From an uncultured Ruminococcus sp. (GTDB taxonomy: Bacteria > Bacillota > Clostridia > Oscillospirales > Acutalibacteraceae), in contig CACYCG010000194.1 in assembly GCA_902772855.1 (NCBI GenBank), forward strand, positions 1 to 39,327: a stretch of DNA of 39,327 bases, written 5' to 3'. Below the pieces are notes generated by a model. It was not told where the DNA came from. It saw only the letters and a list, made by a program, of their open reading frames with translations, and ran no database searches. The first letter of the stretch is position 1; each line of letters begins with the position of its first letter. The position numbers were made by a program, and so were the translations under genes. Shown piece after piece: positions 23,818-34,096 of this stretch.

Positions 23818-23860
23818 ACACAGCGGATAGCAGGTATGCATCCGCTGTGTTTCGTTTTGT
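23818..23860. terminator. Bidirectional intrinsic terminator between the convergent lipoprotein and C-S lyase genes
   Basis: ACACAGCGGAT-(11 nt)-ATCCGCTGTGT, an 11-bp stem. It is flanked by AAAACAAAAC on the left and TTTCGTTTTG on the right. Confidence 0.75.
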
Positions 23861-23872
23861 AAGAAAAGGCGG

Positions 23873-25036
23873 TCAGGAATGGATCAATGATCCTATCCCG
23901 TTTTGGAATCGGGTCAGTCCTTCTGACAGCAGGGATTTCGGGCAGGCTGCGTTCAAGCGCAGAAAGCCCTCCCCTCCCCGGCCGTATTCGGAGCCGGCCA
24001 TCAGATACACTCCGGCCTCTCGGCGCAAATAATGGGAAAGAAAGCGGCTGTCTCGGTTTAGCAGACGGCAGTCCAGCCAGAGAAGATAGGTGGCATCTCC
24101 CCAGATCATCCGCACGCAGGGCAGCTCCTTCTGCAGAAAATCCCGGACAATGCATTTGTTTTCATATAGATAGATATTCAGTTCATCAAGCCAGCCTTCC
24201 CCTTTGGTAAAAGCAGCAATAGCGGCGGCTGCGGCAAAGGAATTCGGCATAGACAGTTCATCTTTTTGGATCGCAGAGCGGGCTTTCTTCTGCAGATCCT
24301 GGTTGGGAACATAAAGGGCGGCAGTCTGCAGACCAGCTAAATTAAAGGTTTTAGTGGGTGCCAGACAGGTGATGCTGATAGTCCGGCAGGTGTCCGATGC
24401 GGCGGCAAAGGGAGTATATTGTTGGCCGGGAGTAATCAGGTCGCAGTGGATCTCATCGGAGAGGACGATCGTTCCAAAGCGGCTGCACAGTTCTCCGATG
24501 GTTTTCAGATCATCTGCTGACCAGATCGTGCCGGTGGGGTTTTGCGGATTGCAAAGGATCATCAGAGGACAGCGGACAGAAGAAAGCGTCTTTTCCAGCC
24601 GTTCCTTATCAATCGAATAGGACTCCCCTGAAAAAAGCAGCGGAATTTCGCAGACCTTCCGGTTTTGATTCCGGATACAATCATAGAAATGATTATAGAC
24701 AGGGGTCAGCATGGCAATGCTGTCTCCCGGATGGCTTAAAGCCCGGATAAGAGAAGAGATGGCAGGAACGATACCGGCGCAAAAAAACAGGTTTTCTGTT
24801 TCTATTTCCAGAGAATGACGGCGTTTCCACCAAGACTGATACGCAAGGCCCCACTCCTGCGGCAGCCGGCCGTAGCCGAAAACCGGATGGTTCAGCCGCC
24901 GGGAAAAAGCGTCTATGATCTCGGGAGGAGCGGCAAAATCCATATCAGCCACCCACATGGGAAGGACGGTATCGTCTATGCCCCATTTGAAGGAATCGGT
25001 ATGGCGGCGCTCAATAATCTGATCAAAGTCATACAT
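23873..25036 (-). CDS. PLP-dependent C-S lyase / aminotransferase of the MalY/PatB family
   Basis: N-terminal DFDQIIERRHTDSFKW, PLP-lysine context PTKTFNLAGLQ, and class I/II aminotransferase length. ATG at 25036 with GAGGAG 8 nt upstream. Confidence 0.85.
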   Translation of the reverse strand: MYDFDQIIERRHTDSFKWGIDDTVLPMWVADMDFAAPPEIIDAFSRRLNHPVFGYGRLPQEWGLAYQSWWKRRHSLEIETENLFFCAGIVPAISSLIRALSHPGDSIAMLTPVYNHFYDCIRNQNRKVCEIPLLFSGESYSIDKERLEKTLSSVRCPLMILCNPQNPTGTIWSADDLKTIGELCSRFGTIVLSDEIHCDLITPGQQYTPFAAASDTCRTISITCLAPTKTFNLAGLQTAALYVPNQDLQKKARSAIQKDELSMPNSFAAAAAIAAFTKGEGWLDELNIYLYENKCIVRDFLQKELPCVRMIWGDATYLLWLDCRLLNRDSRFLSHYLRREAGVYLMAGSEYGRGGEGFLRLNAACPKSLLSEGLTRFQNGIGSLIHS

Positions 25037-25080
25037 AACTATCACTCCTCTTCAAACAGTCCAAAAACAAACTCTCGCAG

Positions 25081-25112
25081 CAAAAAGCCGGGGGGGATCA
25101 TTCCACCCCGGC
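25081..25112 (-). terminator. Intrinsic terminator overlapping the engB stop codon
   Basis: Minus strand: GCCGGGG-(11 nt)-CCCCGGC, a 7-bp GC stem, followed by TTTTTG. Confidence 0.5.
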
Positions 25113-25685
25113 GGCCTCGGAAATCAGGCGCTGTATGGCATCAATTCCCTGTCCGTTTAGGGAAGAACAAGGATACAGACAAACGCCCGGATACTCCGAA
25201 AGCTCTTCTCGGAGCGCTTCGATGCGCGGCTGATATTGGGATTTTTTCAGCTTATCCAGTTTGGTTAAAACGATGGCAAAGGGATATTGTTCCCGATACA
25301 AAAAGTCGATCATGTTCCTGTCGTCTGCGGTGGGACTGTGGCGGATGTCACAGATCTGTATGACCAGAGAAATGTTCCTGTCCTGAGAAAAATATCCCTC
25401 CACCAGTTCAGCCCAGCGGTCTTTTTCCTGTCTGGATACTTTCGCATAACCGTATCCCGGCAGATCAACAAAACGAACATCCCGCAGACGGAAAAAATTG
25501 ATGGTAGTGGTTTTGCCCGGCGTGGCGCTGACACGGGCGATAGATTTCCGGTTGAGGATCTTATTGATCAAAGAGGATTTGCCGACATTGGATTTTCCGG
25601 AAAAAACGATTTCCGGTACGTCGGAGGGAGGAATCTGTTTTGATTTGCCAAAAGAAGCCTCAAAATCTACGATTTGAAAGTTCAT
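25098..25685 (-). CDS. engB: Ribosome-biogenesis GTPase EngB (YihA/YsxC)
   Basis: G1 motif GKSNVGKSSLIN, G3 motif DLPGYG, G4 motif TKLDK. The lon-ysxC synteny matches Bacillus. ATGA overlap with the lon stop. Confidence 0.9.
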   Translation of the reverse strand: MNFQIVDFEASFGKSKQIPPSDVPEIVFSGKSNVGKSSLINKILNRKSIARVSATPGKTTTINFFRLRDVRFVDLPGYGYAKVSRQEKDRWAELVEGYFSQDRNISLVIQICDIRHSPTADDRNMIDFLYREQYPFAIVLTKLDKLKKSQYQPRIEALREELSEYPGVCLYPCSSLNGQGIDAIQRLISEAAGVE

Positions 25686-28054
25686 GCTCTGCCCTCCGAT
25701 GCAGTCTGATAGCCAACCAAAGCTCTGGCCAGCACGTCATTGATGTGATTGACATAAACAAACTCAATCTGGTTTTTAACGACCTCATCTACCTCGTCAA
25801 TATCCGGGCGGTTGGCTTCGGGAAGAATAATCGTTTTGATTCCGAGCCGATAAGCCGCCATTGTTTTCTCTTTTAATCCGCCGATGGGAAGCACCCGTCC
25901 ACGGATGGTGATCTCCCCCGTCATGGCTAAATCCCGCCGCACGGGAAGTCCCGTCAAAGCGGAAGCGATCGCTGTGGCAATCGTTACACCGGCCGAGGGG
26001 CCGTCTTTTGGCACAGCTCCTTCCGGAACATGAACGTGAATATCCTTTGTCTGATAAAAAGAAGGGTCGATCCGAAGCTCATCACACATGGTGCGCACTA
26101 CGGTGATGGCCGCCTGAGCAGATTCTTTCATCACATCTCCGAGGGAACCGGTCAGTTCGATTTTTCCGCTTCCGGACATGACCGCCACTTCCACGGGCAG
26201 GGTATCCCCTCCCACGGAAGTCCACGCAAGGCCAGTGACCAGTCCGACTTCATCCGAACGGGAAAGCTCATCTAATTTGTATTTTTCCGCCCCGAGATAA
26301 TGCTCTACCTCTTCCAGCGAAACCTTTACGGTTTTTTGTTCCCCGGAAACAATTTTGACAGCGACTTTGTTCATGATGGTAGAAATACATCTTTCCAAAT
26401 TTCGTACACCGGATTCTCTGGTGTAGCTGTCGATCAGGCGGTAGATGACATCGTCCTGAATTTTACATTGACGGGCACTCAGGCCATGTTTTTTTAATTG
26501 TTTGGAGATCAGATGGCGTTTGGCAATCTGATACTTTTCTTCCCGGGTATAGCTGTCCACATGGATAATATCCATTCTATCCAGAAGCGGAGCCGGAATC
26601 CGGGTGTAGTCATTGGCGGTGGTGATAAACATGACCTTGCTCAGATCAAAAGGAAGGTCAATGTAATGGTCAAAGAAGGTGGAGTTTTGTTCTCCGTCAA
26701 GCACTTCCAGAAGTGCCGAAGTGGGATCGCCGTGAAAATCGTTTCCTAATTTATCCACTTCGTCCAGAAGGATCAATGGGTTTGCAGAGCCGGCCTGATC
26801 GATGGCATACATGATTCGTCCCATCATGGCGCCGATATAGGTTCTGCGATGTCCTCTGATCTCCGATTCATCGTGAACACCGCCCAAAGCGATCCTCTGA
26901 TATTTTCTGCCGATTGCATCCGCTATGGAATGAGCGATGGAAGTTTTTCCTACACCGGGAGGACCGGCCAGACAGATGATTTGCCCGTTGCTGTCCGGAT
27001 TAAGCTTCCGCACCGCCAATGCTTCGATCACGCTTTCTTTGACTTTTTTCAGTCCGTAATGGTTTTTATCCAGTTTGGCGGTCATGCGGGAAATGTCGAT
27101 TTTTTCCTTGGTGTAGACGCCCCAGGGCAGGTGCAGGCAGGCGTCCAGATAGTTTCTGGTGACGTTGGCCTCCGGCATCATGCTTCCGGCCATTTTTTCC
27201 AGTTTCCGCACTTCCCGGTGGAGTTTTTCTTTGTTTTCCTGGGTGGTTTGAAGGGCATCAATGGCTTCGTGGTAGCGGGCCGAGCTTTCTTCGGTATCTT
27301 CCGGGTCATCTCCTAATTCTTCGTGAATGGCTCTCAGGCGTTCCTTCAGATAATACTCCTTCTGCCCTTTATCCATGAACTCTTTTGTTTTGGTGTAAAT
27401 CTCCGCCTCAATCGACAGCAGTTCCAATTCATACAGGAGCATTTCATTTGCTTTTGTCAGACGCTCCAGTTCATTGAAAGTGGAAAGAATCTCCTGTTTT
27501 TTATGATAGTTTCTGAGGATGTTGTCGGCAATATAATCCGCTAACTGTCCGATGTCATCCATATCCTGAGTGGCAATCAGATAATCTCTCGGGATCTGCG
27601 GATTATTGGCGCATAAGGTGCTGATGTTCTCTTTGGCTACATTGATCATGGCCTCCGCACGAACCGGATCATGGGTGCGGATCGTTTCTTCTTTTACTAA
27701 ATCTGCCGTGAAATACGGACCGTCTTCTCGAATGGAAACTGCAGACGCACGGCACTTTCCTTCCGCAACCACTCGCACCAGATCATCGCTCATTTTGACG
27801 ATCTGCAGGACTTTGGCATAAACGCCGACCGTGTAGAGATCGGAGGGCATTGGATCAGTCACCGCAAAATCGATCTGAGCGGTGATAAAAACGTGCTGTC
27901 CCATCCGCATCGCTTCACTCAGGGCCAGCAGGGATTTGTTTCTGGTCACATCAAAATGCAGGATGGTTCCGGGAAAAATCACTAATCCTCTTAAAGGAAG
28001 CACCGGAACGGATTTCCAGATTTTGTTTTCTATTTCCATTTTATCATCATTCAT
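25682..28054 (-). CDS. lon: ATP-dependent Lon protease (LonA type)
   Basis: LAN N-domain [12 protein letters not shown], Walker [10 protein letters not shown], Walker B LLDEVDK, catalytic DGPSAG. Start set to the ATG at 28054 (MNDDKMEIE), just downstream of the upstream gene's stop at 28060, with GAGG 11 nt upstream. Confidence 0.92.
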   Translation of the reverse strand: MNDDKMEIENKIWKSVPVLPLRGLVIFPGTILHFDVTRNKSLLALSEAMRMGQHVFITAQIDFAVTDPMPSDLYTVGVYAKVLQIVKMSDDLVRVVAEGKCRASAVSIREDGPYFTADLVKEETIRTHDPVRAEAMINVAKENISTLCANNPQIPRDYLIATQDMDDIGQLADYIADNILRNYHKKQEILSTFNELERLTKANEMLLYELELLSIEAEIYTKTKEFMDKGQKEYYLKERLRAIHEELGDDPEDTEESSARYHEAIDALQTTQENKEKLHREVRKLEKMAGSMMPEANVTRNYLDACLHLPWGVYTKEKIDISRMTAKLDKNHYGLKKVKESVIEALAVRKLNPDSNGQIICLAGPPGVGKTSIAHSIADAIGRKYQRIALGGVHDESEIRGHRRTYIGAMMGRIMYAIDQAGSANPLILLDEVDKLGNDFHGDPTSALLEVLDGEQNSTFFDHYIDLPFDLSKVMFITTANDYTRIPAPLLDRMDIIHVDSYTREEKYQIAKRHLISKQLKKHGLSARQCKIQDDVIYRLIDSYTRESGVRNLERCISTIMNKVAVKIVSGEQKTVKVSLEEVEHYLGAEKYKLDELSRSDEVGLVTGLAWTSVGGDTLPVEVAVMSGSGKIELTGSLGDVMKESAQAAITVVRTMCDELRIDPSFYQTKDIHVHVPEGAVPKDGPSAGVTIATAIASALTGLPVRRDLAMTGEITIRGRVLPIGGLKEKTMAAYRLGIKTIILPEANRPDIDEVDEVVKNQIEFVYVNHINDVLARALVGYQTASEGRA

Positions 28055-28059
28055 GTGTA

Positions 28060-28578
28060 TCAATACCTCTTTACGTTGGCTTTCTTCTGACGTCTGATGT
28101 ATTCCCACAAGGCAGGAGCTTCCCAAAAAATCACGCTCAGGACCAATATGACGACGGTTCCTAAAGGAGATTCAGCCCACAGGACCAGCGGCCCCACAAA
28201 CGGGATACTGAAACAGCATTTTCCACGGATACTCGTTGCAAAGATGACGACCATTTCACGATTGGTCATCAGATAGATGCTGTCCTGATCAAAATGATCA
28301 ATTTGTCCGAGAACGATCTCCCGCCGGACATTTTCATATAGCACGACATCGCCCACTGCATAGGAGTTTTGTTTCAAGGTGCCGATCCAGTCCCCGGAGG
28401 AATATCCAAGGGAATCGTCTTTTTTCACGGCTGAATAATTTCCGTATCCCAGAATGACCGGATATTTTTCATTATCGAAAACGTGCAGATACATGAGAAA
28501 TATGTTATGTAAAAACACAAGGAAAAGCAGGAGCAGGACAATTTTTCGCAGAGTATCTGCTATTTTCATTCGGATCAC
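28060..28578 (-). CDS. Membrane protein with SipW/ER-type signal peptidase-like topology, with catalytic residues apparently replaced
   Basis: N- and C-terminal TM helices. GDVVLY.., ..IRGKCCFSIPFVGPL are collinear with SipW-type SPase boxes, but no SGSMEP-type Ser box and no THRI-type His box. Alternative start at the ATG at 28569. Confidence 0.5.
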   Translation of the reverse strand: MIRMKIADTLRKIVLLLLFLVFLHNIFLMYLHVFDNEKYPVILGYGNYSAVKKDDSLGYSSGDWIGTLKQNSYAVGDVVLYENVRREIVLGQIDHFDQDSIYLMTNREMVVIFATSIRGKCCFSIPFVGPLVLWAESPLGTVVILVLSVIFWEAPALWEYIRRQKKANVKRY

Positions 28579-28598
28579 CAGACTTTTGACGAAATTGG

Positions 28599-31500
28599 TT
28601 ACATAAAGGTCAACTGACTGCTTTCGGGGAGGTTTGAGAAAGCGCCGATTTCTTTGAGGATCTCCACAACAGTTTTGGATACTTTTGCTCTTTGCTGAAA
28701 ATCTTCAATAGAGATAAACTCCCCTCCCTCACGAGCCTGTGCAACGGCCGTGGCAGCTGCTTCGCCAATGCCCGGAACGGAGGCGAACGGAGGACGGATC
28801 TTTTCCCCTTCGATCAGAAATTTCCGTGCATCGGATTTATAGACATCCACCGGAAGTACTTCGATTTTCCGTGCGAGCATTTCATTGATAATCTGCAGGG
28901 CCGCGTAGGTTGATTCTTCTTTGGCAGAAGCTTCTTTGTTCTGCATTTTCAGGCTGATCTCCTGCATTTTATTTCTGACAGCGTCTTTCCCCTTGCAGAC
29001 CAGCACGGCATCGAAATCATCATAGCGAACAGTAAAATAAGCTGCGTAATATTCTTTTGGCTTGTGGACCTTGTACCACCCCAGACGAAGGGTTGCAATC
29101 ATATAGGCGGCTGCATGAGCTTTGGGGAACATATATTCAATTTTCATGCAGGAATCAATGTACCATTCCGGAACGCCATGATCCCGCATGGCCTTGATAT
29201 GGTCTTCTGTCAGCAGTTTTTTGGCATTTCCTTTTCGCACGATTTCCATGATCTTAAAGGCCATATCCGGTTCCAGTCCCTTATGCATCAGGTACACCAT
29301 GATATTGTCACGGGTTCCAATCACTTCAGAAATGGTGCAGATCTTTTTTTCGATCAAAGTGGCTGCATTATCGATCCATACGTTGGTTCCGTGCGACAAA
29401 CCGGAAACCTGCAGCAAGTCCGAAAACGTTTTAGGCTGCGTTTCAATGAGCATATTCCGCACGAACTTGGTTCCCACTTCCGGTAGCGCAAAGGTTCCGG
29501 TTTTGGAATCGATCTCCTCAGGTGTGACGCCGAGTGCTTTGGTGGAGGTAAAGAGTGACATAACCTCCGGGTCGCTCATGGACACATCCATCACGCTGAT
29601 CCCGGTGAACTCTTCCAAATAATGATAGGTAGTGGGAACATCATGCCCCAGTTCATCAAGTTTACAAACGGTATCGTGAATGGAATGGAAATCAAAGTGG
29701 GTGGTGATGATATCCACCTTCTGATCATTGGCCGGACGCTGAATGGGACAAAACTCGTAAATATCGTTCATTCTCGGCACAACGACCATGCCCGCCGGAT
29801 GCTGTCCGGTGGTGCGCCGCACGCCGGTACAGCCCAGCGCCAGCCGCAATTCCTCAGCCCGGTTCAGGGTCTGCCCGGTCAGTTCAGCATATTTCCGGAC
29901 AAATCCCAAAGCGGTTTTATCTGCGACCGTAGCGATCGTTCCGGCTTTGAAAACGTTTTCTTTTCCGAATAACTGTTCGGTATACCGATGCGAGGAGGTC
30001 TGGTATTCGCCGGCAAAGTTCAGGTCGATATCGGGGGTTTTGTCCCCTTTGAAGCCGAGGAAGGTTTCAAAGGGAATATCATGTCCGTCCCGCAGATAAT
30101 CTGCTCCGCAATTAGGACATTTTTTGTCCGGAAGGTCAAAGCCGGAGCCGTAGCTGCCGTCATCAAAAAACTCGGTATTGTGGCAGACCGGGCAAACATA
30201 ATGCGGACAAAGGGGGTTTACTTCCGAAATACCGGACATGGTCGCCACAAAAGAAGAACCGACCGATCCACGGGAACCGACCAGAAAGCCGTTTTCGTTT
30301 GAATTGGCAACTAACTTCTGTGCGGTCATATACAGAACGGAAAAACCGTTTTTGATAATGGAGTTCAGTTCTTTGTCGATGCGGGCTTTCACGATCTCGG
30401 GAAGGGGATCTCCATAAAGATTTTTGGCCCGTTCCCAAGTAATTTTGGTCAACTGTTCTTCGGCGCCTTCTATGAACGGCGGGAAATTTCCCTTGGGGAC
30501 AGCCCGGAGATTTTCAATCATATCGGCGATCCGGTTGGTGTTTTCCACTACGACTTCATAGGCTTTTTCCTGTCCCAGATAATCAAATTCCCGGAGCATC
30601 TCTTCCGTGTTCCGGAAATACAGCGGCGCCTGCTCGGAAGCATCAGAAAAGCCTTGAGAAGTCATCAGCACTTTCCGGTAAATGCTTTCATGAGGATCCA
30701 TAAAATGGACGTCACAGGTGGCCACCACGGGAAGGTGAAGTTCTTCTCCCAGCCTGATCACCGTGCGGTTAAACTCCCGAAGGTCTTCCACGGAAGAAAC
30801 CGTCCCGTCTCGGTACATATACATATTATTTCCAATCGGCTGGATCTCTAAATAATCGTAAAAGGAGGCGATCTGTTTGAGTTCTTCCCAGCTTTTTCCT
30901 TCCACAATACCTCGGAAGAGTTCACCGGCTTCGCAGGCACTTCCGACAAGAATACCGCTGCGGTGCTTAATCAGTTCGGATTTAAGAATACAGGGTTTTT
31001 TATAAAAATGCTCGATATGGGCATTGGAGATGAGCTTATACAGGTTTTTCAGCCCCATCTGGTTTTTGGCTAAAAGGATCTGATGGTAAGATTTCAGGGA
31101 TTTCCAATCCGGCTTCGGAAGCATGGTGTTGACCTGAGAAATATGCGTGATGTTATATTCTTCCGACAGCTTCTGCAGCATGGCCTGAAAGATCCGGGCC
31201 AGCATAGCGGCATCGTCCAGTGCACGGTGATGATTGAAATCCCCTAATTTCAGGAATTTGGCGATAGCATCCAGTTTATGCTTTTTGAGCTGGCTGTAAA
31301 TGCCTCTGGAAATCACCAGCGTATCGACGTGCGTCAGTGTATACGGCAGCTTGTTCCGCTCCGCAGCAATTTTGATGAAAGAAGTATCAAAGGACGCATT
31401 ATGGGCTACCAAAACGGCGTTCTCCCCACAGAAGTCTAAAAATGCACGGACAGCGTCCATTTCTTTGGGAGCGCCCGCCACCATTTCGTTGGTGATCCCG

Positions 31501-32993
31501 GTGATCTCCGTGATTTTTTTGCTGATCGGCATTTCGGGATCAACAAATGTTGAGAAGGATTCACCGATCTCACCGTTAGAAATACGCACGGCGCCGATTT
31601 CTGTGATGCGTTCTCTGGAAGGGTTCAGGCCGGTGGTTTCGATATCAAAAACAACAAAATCTCCGGTCAAGGGCTGATCGGCAAGTCCGGTAACGGCGCT
31701 GGCGGTCTCATCGTTGATGAAGTAGGCTTCTACACCGTAAATGATTTTCATGCTGCCGCCTTTTTTGCGGATGGCATCGCAGGCATTCATGGCGTCCGGA
31801 AAGGCCTGTGCTACGCCGTGGTCGGTGATGGCGATGGCAGGCATTCCCCATTCATAAGCTCTTTTTACCAGATCGCCGGCTCCGGTGATGGCGTCCATGG
31901 CAGACATATTGGTGTGTAGGTGCAGCTCAACTCGCTTTTTTTCGGCATGATCGACCACTTTAGGCAGGGTGACCCGGCTGATGGCTCTGGCGTTGATCAG
32001 CAGATCGTGTTCAAATTTATCGACCTGCGCCTCCCCCCGCACAAGGACGCTCATTCCCGCCTGAAGATTCGACAAGCCCTCGCATTTATCGTTGCTATCA
32101 AATACCTTTACAACGATGGAGCTTGTAAAGTCGGTAATCGTCAGCAGGAAAATCCGGCGCTTGTCTTTAATATCCCTGGATTCTATGCGGACGATCTGCC
32201 CCCACACTACGACTTTTCCCGTTTCGGGAGTAACCTCTTTTAACGGAACAGCCGGTCCGTGGATCAGTGAGCCGTAGACAGGATTGGCACTTTCGGGAAT
32301 ATAGGTGGGCACATAATCCATGCCGCTTCGGGCGGATATCTCCGTCAGTTCCTTGGGAATGGTATATTCTTTTTTAACTGTGGACAGGGCTTCGCTCCGG
32401 GCGGCTGCCACTGCCATCATGGAATCGTACTGTTCCATTTTTTCAATCTGAGCTTCCCGGAGAATTCGCTCCTCATTGATTTTCTGACGTTCGATATAGG
32501 CATCGCTTTCGTAATCAATTTCAGTGATGCCGCTGAAGCTGACCTGAAAGCTCAGTCCGAATTCGCTTTGGATCAGCTCGGCAAGATTCTTATCAAAATG
32601 CAGTTGTTGCAGCACGTCTTTTCCGCCGTGCTGCAATTCGACGATTAGCTGATGCCCGTTGACACGGATCAGGGAATCATTCAGAGAACCATTCAGGGAT
32701 GCATTTCTTCGCTTCAATTCTAAAACCAGCTGCGGGTAATAGTCCGGATCGAAGCATTCACTGTCATAGGAAGGAAAAAGCAGACAGGTATTCAGTTCCA
32801 GCGGACTGTTCTGCAGAACTTTTTCCGTAAAAAACAAATCTTCCCGATTCACTAATTCCGACAGACGAAGATGCAGTTCCAGCAGCCGCTCTTTCTGATC
32901 AATGCGTGCGCTGATGACTTCCGCCTGACGAATGGGTTCCTTTATGTCCGAGATCTGGATATACTTAGAGAATAATTCAAAAAACTGTTTCAA
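28599..32993 (-). CDS. polC: DNA polymerase III alpha subunit, PolC type
   Basis: 1464 aa. PHP motif HLHTNMSAMD, inserted DnaQ exonuclease FVVFDIETTGL..HNASFD..HRALDDA, and zinc module CPHYVCPVCH..CPNCG. TTG start at 32993 with GGTGAGG upstream. Confidence 0.95.
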   Translation of the reverse strand: MKQFFELFSKYIQISDIKEPIRQAEVISARIDQKERLLELHLRLSELVNREDLFFTEKVLQNSPLELNTCLLFPSYDSECFDPDYYPQLVLELKRRNASLNGSLNDSLIRVNGHQLIVELQHGGKDVLQQLHFDKNLAELIQSEFGLSFQVSFSGITEIDYESDAYIERQKINEERILREAQIEKMEQYDSMMAVAAARSEALSTVKKEYTIPKELTEISARSGMDYVPTYIPESANPVYGSLIHGPAVPLKEVTPETGKVVVWGQIVRIESRDIKDKRRIFLLTITDFTSSIVVKVFDSNDKCEGLSNLQAGMSVLVRGEAQVDKFEHDLLINARAISRVTLPKVVDHAEKKRVELHLHTNMSAMDAITGAGDLVKRAYEWGMPAIAITDHGVAQAFPDAMNACDAIRKKGGSMKIIYGVEAYFINDETASAVTGLADQPLTGDFVVFDIETTGLNPSRERITEIGAVRISNGEIGESFSTFVDPEMPISKKITEITGITNEMVAGAPKEMDAVRAFLDFCGENAVLVAHNASFDTSFIKIAAERNKLPYTLTHVDTLVISRGIYSQLKKHKLDAIAKFLKLGDFNHHRALDDAAMLARIFQAMLQKLSEEYNITHISQVNTMLPKPDWKSLKSYHQILLAKNQMGLKNLYKLISNAHIEHFYKKPCILKSELIKHRSGILVGSACEAGELFRGIVEGKSWEELKQIASFYDYLEIQPIGNNMYMYRDGTVSSVEDLREFNRTVIRLGEELHLPVVATCDVHFMDPHESIYRKVLMTSQGFSDASEQAPLYFRNTEEMLREFDYLGQEKAYEVVVENTNRIADMIENLRAVPKGNFPPFIEGAEEQLTKITWERAKNLYGDPLPEIVKARIDKELNSIIKNGFSVLYMTAQKLVANSNENGFLVGSRGSVGSSFVATMSGISEVNPLCPHYVCPVCHNTEFFDDGSYGSGFDLPDKKCPNCGADYLRDGHDIPFETFLGFKGDKTPDIDLNFAGEYQTSSHRYTEQLFGKENVFKAGTIATVADKTALGFVRKYAELTGQTLNRAEELRLALGCTGVRRTTGQHPAGMVVVPRMNDIYEFCPIQRPANDQKVDIITTHFDFHSIHDTVCKLDELGHDVPTTYHYLEEFTGISVMDVSMSDPEVMSLFTSTKALGVTPEEIDSKTGTFALPEVGTKFVRNMLIETQPKTFSDLLQVSGLSHGTNVWIDNAATLIEKKICTISEVIGTRDNIMVYLMHKGLEPDMAFKIMEIVRKGNAKKLLTEDHIKAMRDHGVPEWYIDSCMKIEYMFPKAHAAAYMIATLRLGWYKVHKPKEYYAAYFTVRYDDFDAVLVCKGKDAVRNKMQEISLKMQNKEASAKEESTYAALQIINEMLARKIEVLPVDVYKSDARKFLIEGEKIRPPFASVPGIGEAAATAVAQAREGGEFISIEDFQQRAKVSKTVVEILKEIGAFSNLPESSQLTFM

Positions 32994-33034
32994 CGTACCT
33001 CACCTTTATATGTTGGAAAGCCTTTGGCTGGCTG

Positions 33035-34084
33035 TTACATCCGTTCGATCTCCAGCATCAATTCTGTCAGGAGCTGTTCTTCCGGAACTTTTTTAATGAT
33101 TTCGCCCTTTTTGAAGATCAGACCGCAGCCTTCTCCTCCGGCAATACCGATATCGGCTTCTTTTGCTTCTCCCGGACCATTGACCACACAGCCCATGATA
33201 GCGACTGTAATGTCTTTCCGGCAGTTTTTCAGCATTTCCTCCGCCTGATGCGCCAGAGCAATCAGGTCGATGCGGGTGCGTCCGCAGGTCGGGCAGGAAA
33301 TGAATTGTACGCCCTTATGATACAGTCCCAGCGCCTTCAGGATATCCTGTGCGGCATAGACTTCTTTGACCGGATCGTCCGTCAGGGAGACCCGGATGGT
33401 ATCTCCGATTCCCTGCAGCAGCAGAGAACCGATGCCGATGGCGGATTTGATGACGCCCATTCTTTCGGTGCCGGCTTCGGTCACGCCAAGATGGAGAGGA
33501 TACCGGCACTGTTCTGCGGCCAGCTGATAGGCTTCTGCCATAAAATCAACGTGAGAGGATTTCATGGATAACACAATATCGGTAAAATCAAACTTTTCCA
33601 GCAGAGAAGCGTGATACAGGGCGCTGTCGCAAAGAGCCTGCGGGGTCGGGTGACCGTATTGGGCTAAAATATGTTTTTCCAGAGAACCGGAATTCACACC
33701 GATGCGGATGGGCACATGATGCTCCCGGCAGGCATCGGCCACCGCTTTCACTTTGCTGTCATCGCCGATGTTTCCGGGATTGATGCGGATTTTATCAATA
33801 CCGGCTTCCACAGCCCGCAGGGCTAGACGATAATCAAAATGAATATCCGCTACCAGCGGCACGGAAACCTCTTTTTTGATAGCGGGGATGAGTGAGATGG
33901 CCTGTTCATCGGGAATAGCCAGCCGGATAATATCGCAGCCGGCTTCTTCTAATTGTTTTGCCTGCAAAACGCTTCCTTCTACGTTCGTGGAAGGGACGTT
34001 CAGCATGGATTGAATGGAAACAGGCTCTCCCCCGCCAATGGTAACGGAGCCTACACGAACTCGTTTTGTTTCTCGTCTTTTCAC
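33035..34084 (-). CDS. ispG: 4-hydroxy-3-methylbut-2-enyl-diphosphate synthase (flavodoxin)
   Basis: VRVGSVTIGGGEPVSIQSM and RINPGNIG motifs. Cluster cysteines in ISCPTCGR and GCVVNGPGE. Confidence 0.93.
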   Translation of the reverse strand: MKRRETKRVRVGSVTIGGGEPVSIQSMLNVPSTNVEGSVLQAKQLEEAGCDIIRLAIPDEQAISLIPAIKKEVSVPLVADIHFDYRLALRAVEAGIDKIRINPGNIGDDSKVKAVADACREHHVPIRIGVNSGSLEKHILAQYGHPTPQALCDSALYHASLLEKFDFTDIVLSMKSSHVDFMAEAYQLAAEQCRYPLHLGVTEAGTERMGVIKSAIGIGSLLLQGIGDTIRVSLTDDPVKEVYAAQDILKALGLYHKGVQFISCPTCGRTRIDLIALAHQAEEMLKNCRKDITVAIMGCVVNGPGEAKEADIGIAGGEGCGLIFKKGEIIKKVPEEQLLTELMLEIERM

Positions 34085-34096
34085 AACGTCACCCCA

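Noticed and set aside
12230-23860. Whether the helicase / SOS cassette / paralog operon block is a prophage, ICE or genomic island
   Set aside because: No integrase, recombinase, relaxase, phage structural gene, tRNA target or flanking direct repeat is visible in the window. I could not compute GC or codon skew to support a foreign origin.
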